Origin: Mobula hypostoma
Taxonomy: Eukaryota
Assembly (NCBI RefSeq): GCF_963921235.1
Contig: NC_086097.1
Location: 71,488,001 to 71,552,000 of the forward strand
Length of the DNA: 64,000 bases
Reading direction: 5' to 3'
Made by a program: the position numbers and the translations under genes. The notes below the pieces were generated by a model. The model saw only the letters and a list, made by a program, of their open reading frames with translations. It was not told the origin of the DNA and made no database searches. Positions 61,701 through 64,000 of the stretch are shown piece by piece (position 1 is the stretch's first letter; every line of letters starts with the position of its first letter).

Positions 61701-62683
61701 TGTTTTCAACAACGTTATTTGCAAATGTGTGCAGCAGTCCGAGGTTTATGCACATTAAGTTTCCTGTCAGAGTCGAACCTTCTTGCATGCTTCCGCAAAT
61801 AAATCCCCACCGAGTCCCAAATGACTTATAGAATGCAATTGCATAGGGGTGTGCTCTCCATTTCCTGAACATATCAACTAATCAGAGTAGTAAATTCTTA
61901 CTTACGCTATGTCAATAATGTTTAATGCCGCTACTACTCAAAACGTGGGAAGCTCTTATGAGCATTTTAGCTAACTTCGTTTTTCTTATTTGGATCATTT
62001 CATAGTTAGGTCAACCTTCAGGGCAAAAGACAAAGCTTCTTTCTCTGTTTTCGCTCCATACTATAGAACGTATTAGCGTGGAAAACAGTTTGAATCTCTT
62101 TTAAAAGAAATAGGAATTGCAATGTTCATAAGAAAAATAAAAAATGTTATACATCATCAGAAACTAATTTGAGTAAGGGGAGAGTTGGGTCATTAGAGAA
62201 AATTATTGTAGAAAATTGCATGACGCAGTAACTATTAATGCAGTACGACAAAGTGTAGTCTAATTATTGAAGCAATTACCAGCATTTTATATTAAATATT
62301 GAAGTGTGAACTTTGCTGTGCTTCGGCAGCGTTCACGGCAAATATGAACGGTTTTGACATTTCAATGGGAACATTTAGGACAAGCTCTTGTACAGTACGC
62401 ATCTCATTGTTTTCTTGAACACTGAATTTGATGAAGCAAAAATGTTTTTTATTAGTTTGAAGATTTTCTTTCCGGCGTATTTGTGATGTAGCGCATACAC
62501 TTACACTTGAGTCTACAGCGCTTGACCTTCAAGTGTTTCGCAGATACTCATCAAAACAAAATTATAAATAATGAAACTGCAATTGACTATGTCATATTAT
62601 ATGAAAAATCAACTTCCATTCAGTTTCCACGGAATGCCTGAAATACGAAACGTTGACATACAGAGCATATATAGGGAGTAGGT

Positions 62684-62820
62684 AACAGATACAAAATGCT
62701 GGGGGAACCCTGCGGGTCAACAAATACAAAATTCCACAATTTCTAACACATACGTTATTCCCCCAGCATCTTGTATGAGTTATTCTGGACTTCCAGCATC
62801 TGCAGAAACTCCTGTGTTTA
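62684..62820. mobile_element. Inverted mini Penelope-like repeat pair
   Basis: ATACAAAATGCTGGGGGAA / TTCCCCCAGCATCTTGTAT inverted, ending TTCCAGCATCTGCAGAAACTCCTGTGTTTA. Confidence 0.7.
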
Positions 62821-64000
62821 GCGCGTGTTCACTCCACCGACTTTCCTACCAAAATCGTTGTGTCTTTCGATAGAAGGTGATCTAAATGAACTCCTCGCGT
62901 GAATATTCCTACACTGGGCGTGTGGTATCGCATCAACTTATTTCTTTTGTTTAAAAGGTCGCCTACATCTGCGTTCACACAGCAATCTTGTTTTATGTTC
63001 AGTAGAAGTGCGGATTCCTGGGCGAAATAATACTAGGCTTTGGCAAAACTGACTGATGAACGATTAATTCTTAAATAAACTTTCACAGTTAATGGAGAAT
63101 TCTCACTGAATTTATTCATAAACTCCAAATTCCAATTATAAATTAGTATCTGTAATTTTGTACCTAAACTATGACAGAATCGACAAAACCCACATTCACG
63201 CTGTTTTTAAAAAGTCCGATCCCTATCATGAAAATCATTGTTTTCTACTAAATGTCCTTTAAGAAGAAAAAACCATATAGCAACGATTTTTAGGAAATCT
63301 AACATTCGACATTTAGGGACGGTCGTGGTTGTGAAGTACCGTTAAAGTACATATTTGCGTCACCACACAGCATTTTATCTGCATTGTTAATCTGTCTTTA
63401 AAATCTATTTAGTGAACGTTTAAAACTCTTCGTTAATAATATAAATCGAGTTTTCAGTAGAATTTTTACATAAAAAAAGAACGATGGATTGCTGAGAAAT
63501 GACAGCGTGATTACAATTTAAACGATGAAAATGCGATTGCCTGAACGACATATGATATTCCAGATGTCAAAATATTAAGTGTTAATGAAAATGCAAAAAA
63601 AGGAAAAAAATAAATATGACGATATTAAAAATGTACCGATACGCGTTTAAATTATAGTCCAAATATATTTACATTCTAAAATGACACAGAATCTTTATTG
63701 CTATTAAATAAAAAGCCGAATAATTTTTAAAGATTAATGACCGGGCACAACGCGCAGTAAATAGTTTAAAATCATTTCTATAAAGCAAAACATTTGCTAA
63801 CAAAGATTTGCATGTTCGCATTCTACCAGCTGTCCAAATAACACTTATATTTTTATATATTTAAATAGGTTTGCGGGGAACCCCGGCAACAATTTTGGTT
63901 GAAAAATTGGGCATGTGAATTCTTTTGAAGTAATATTGAACTGTTGTTCAAACGGTGTAATGGTTCCTTAGTGTCGACCCGCCCTTGCCTTGTTAGAATA

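Noticed and set aside
62305..62340. GCTTCGGCAGC resembling the U6 snRNA 5' end, within a small hairpin
   Set aside because: Only ~11 nt match and the rest of U6 is absent.

Overview
Eukaryotic genomic DNA with no confidently identifiable host gene. The repeat content (HE1/V-SINE-like and DeuSINE-like SINEs, HER1/CR1-type LINEs, abundant Penelope-like fragments) suggests a cartilaginous fish, possibly a ray; this is an inference. Positions ~1-52 kb are a mosaic of nested transposable elements. These include a near-full-length CR1 LINE (disrupted ORF1, 911-aa APE-RT ORF2), decayed Rex1 and RTE LINEs, many Penelope-like (GIY-YIG) fragments, tRNA-derived SINEs, non-autonomous RTE derivatives, and Tigger/pogo-like, Harbinger-like, hAT-like and Tc1-like MITEs. 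Positions ~53-64 kb are TE-poor, AT-rich and visibly retain more CpG, like a regulatory domain. The main signal is a minimal type-I hammerhead ribozyme in the short Penelope-like terminal repeat (AGUC-CUGAYGA-A-GGGUCUCGGCCU-GAAAC-GUC/GACU). Three copies are intact, and stem III is reduced to the palindrome ACGU. Many independent short insertions begin or invert at the ribozyme's 5' edge. Coordinates of old, decayed repeats are approximate, and family names come from motif recognition, not database searches.
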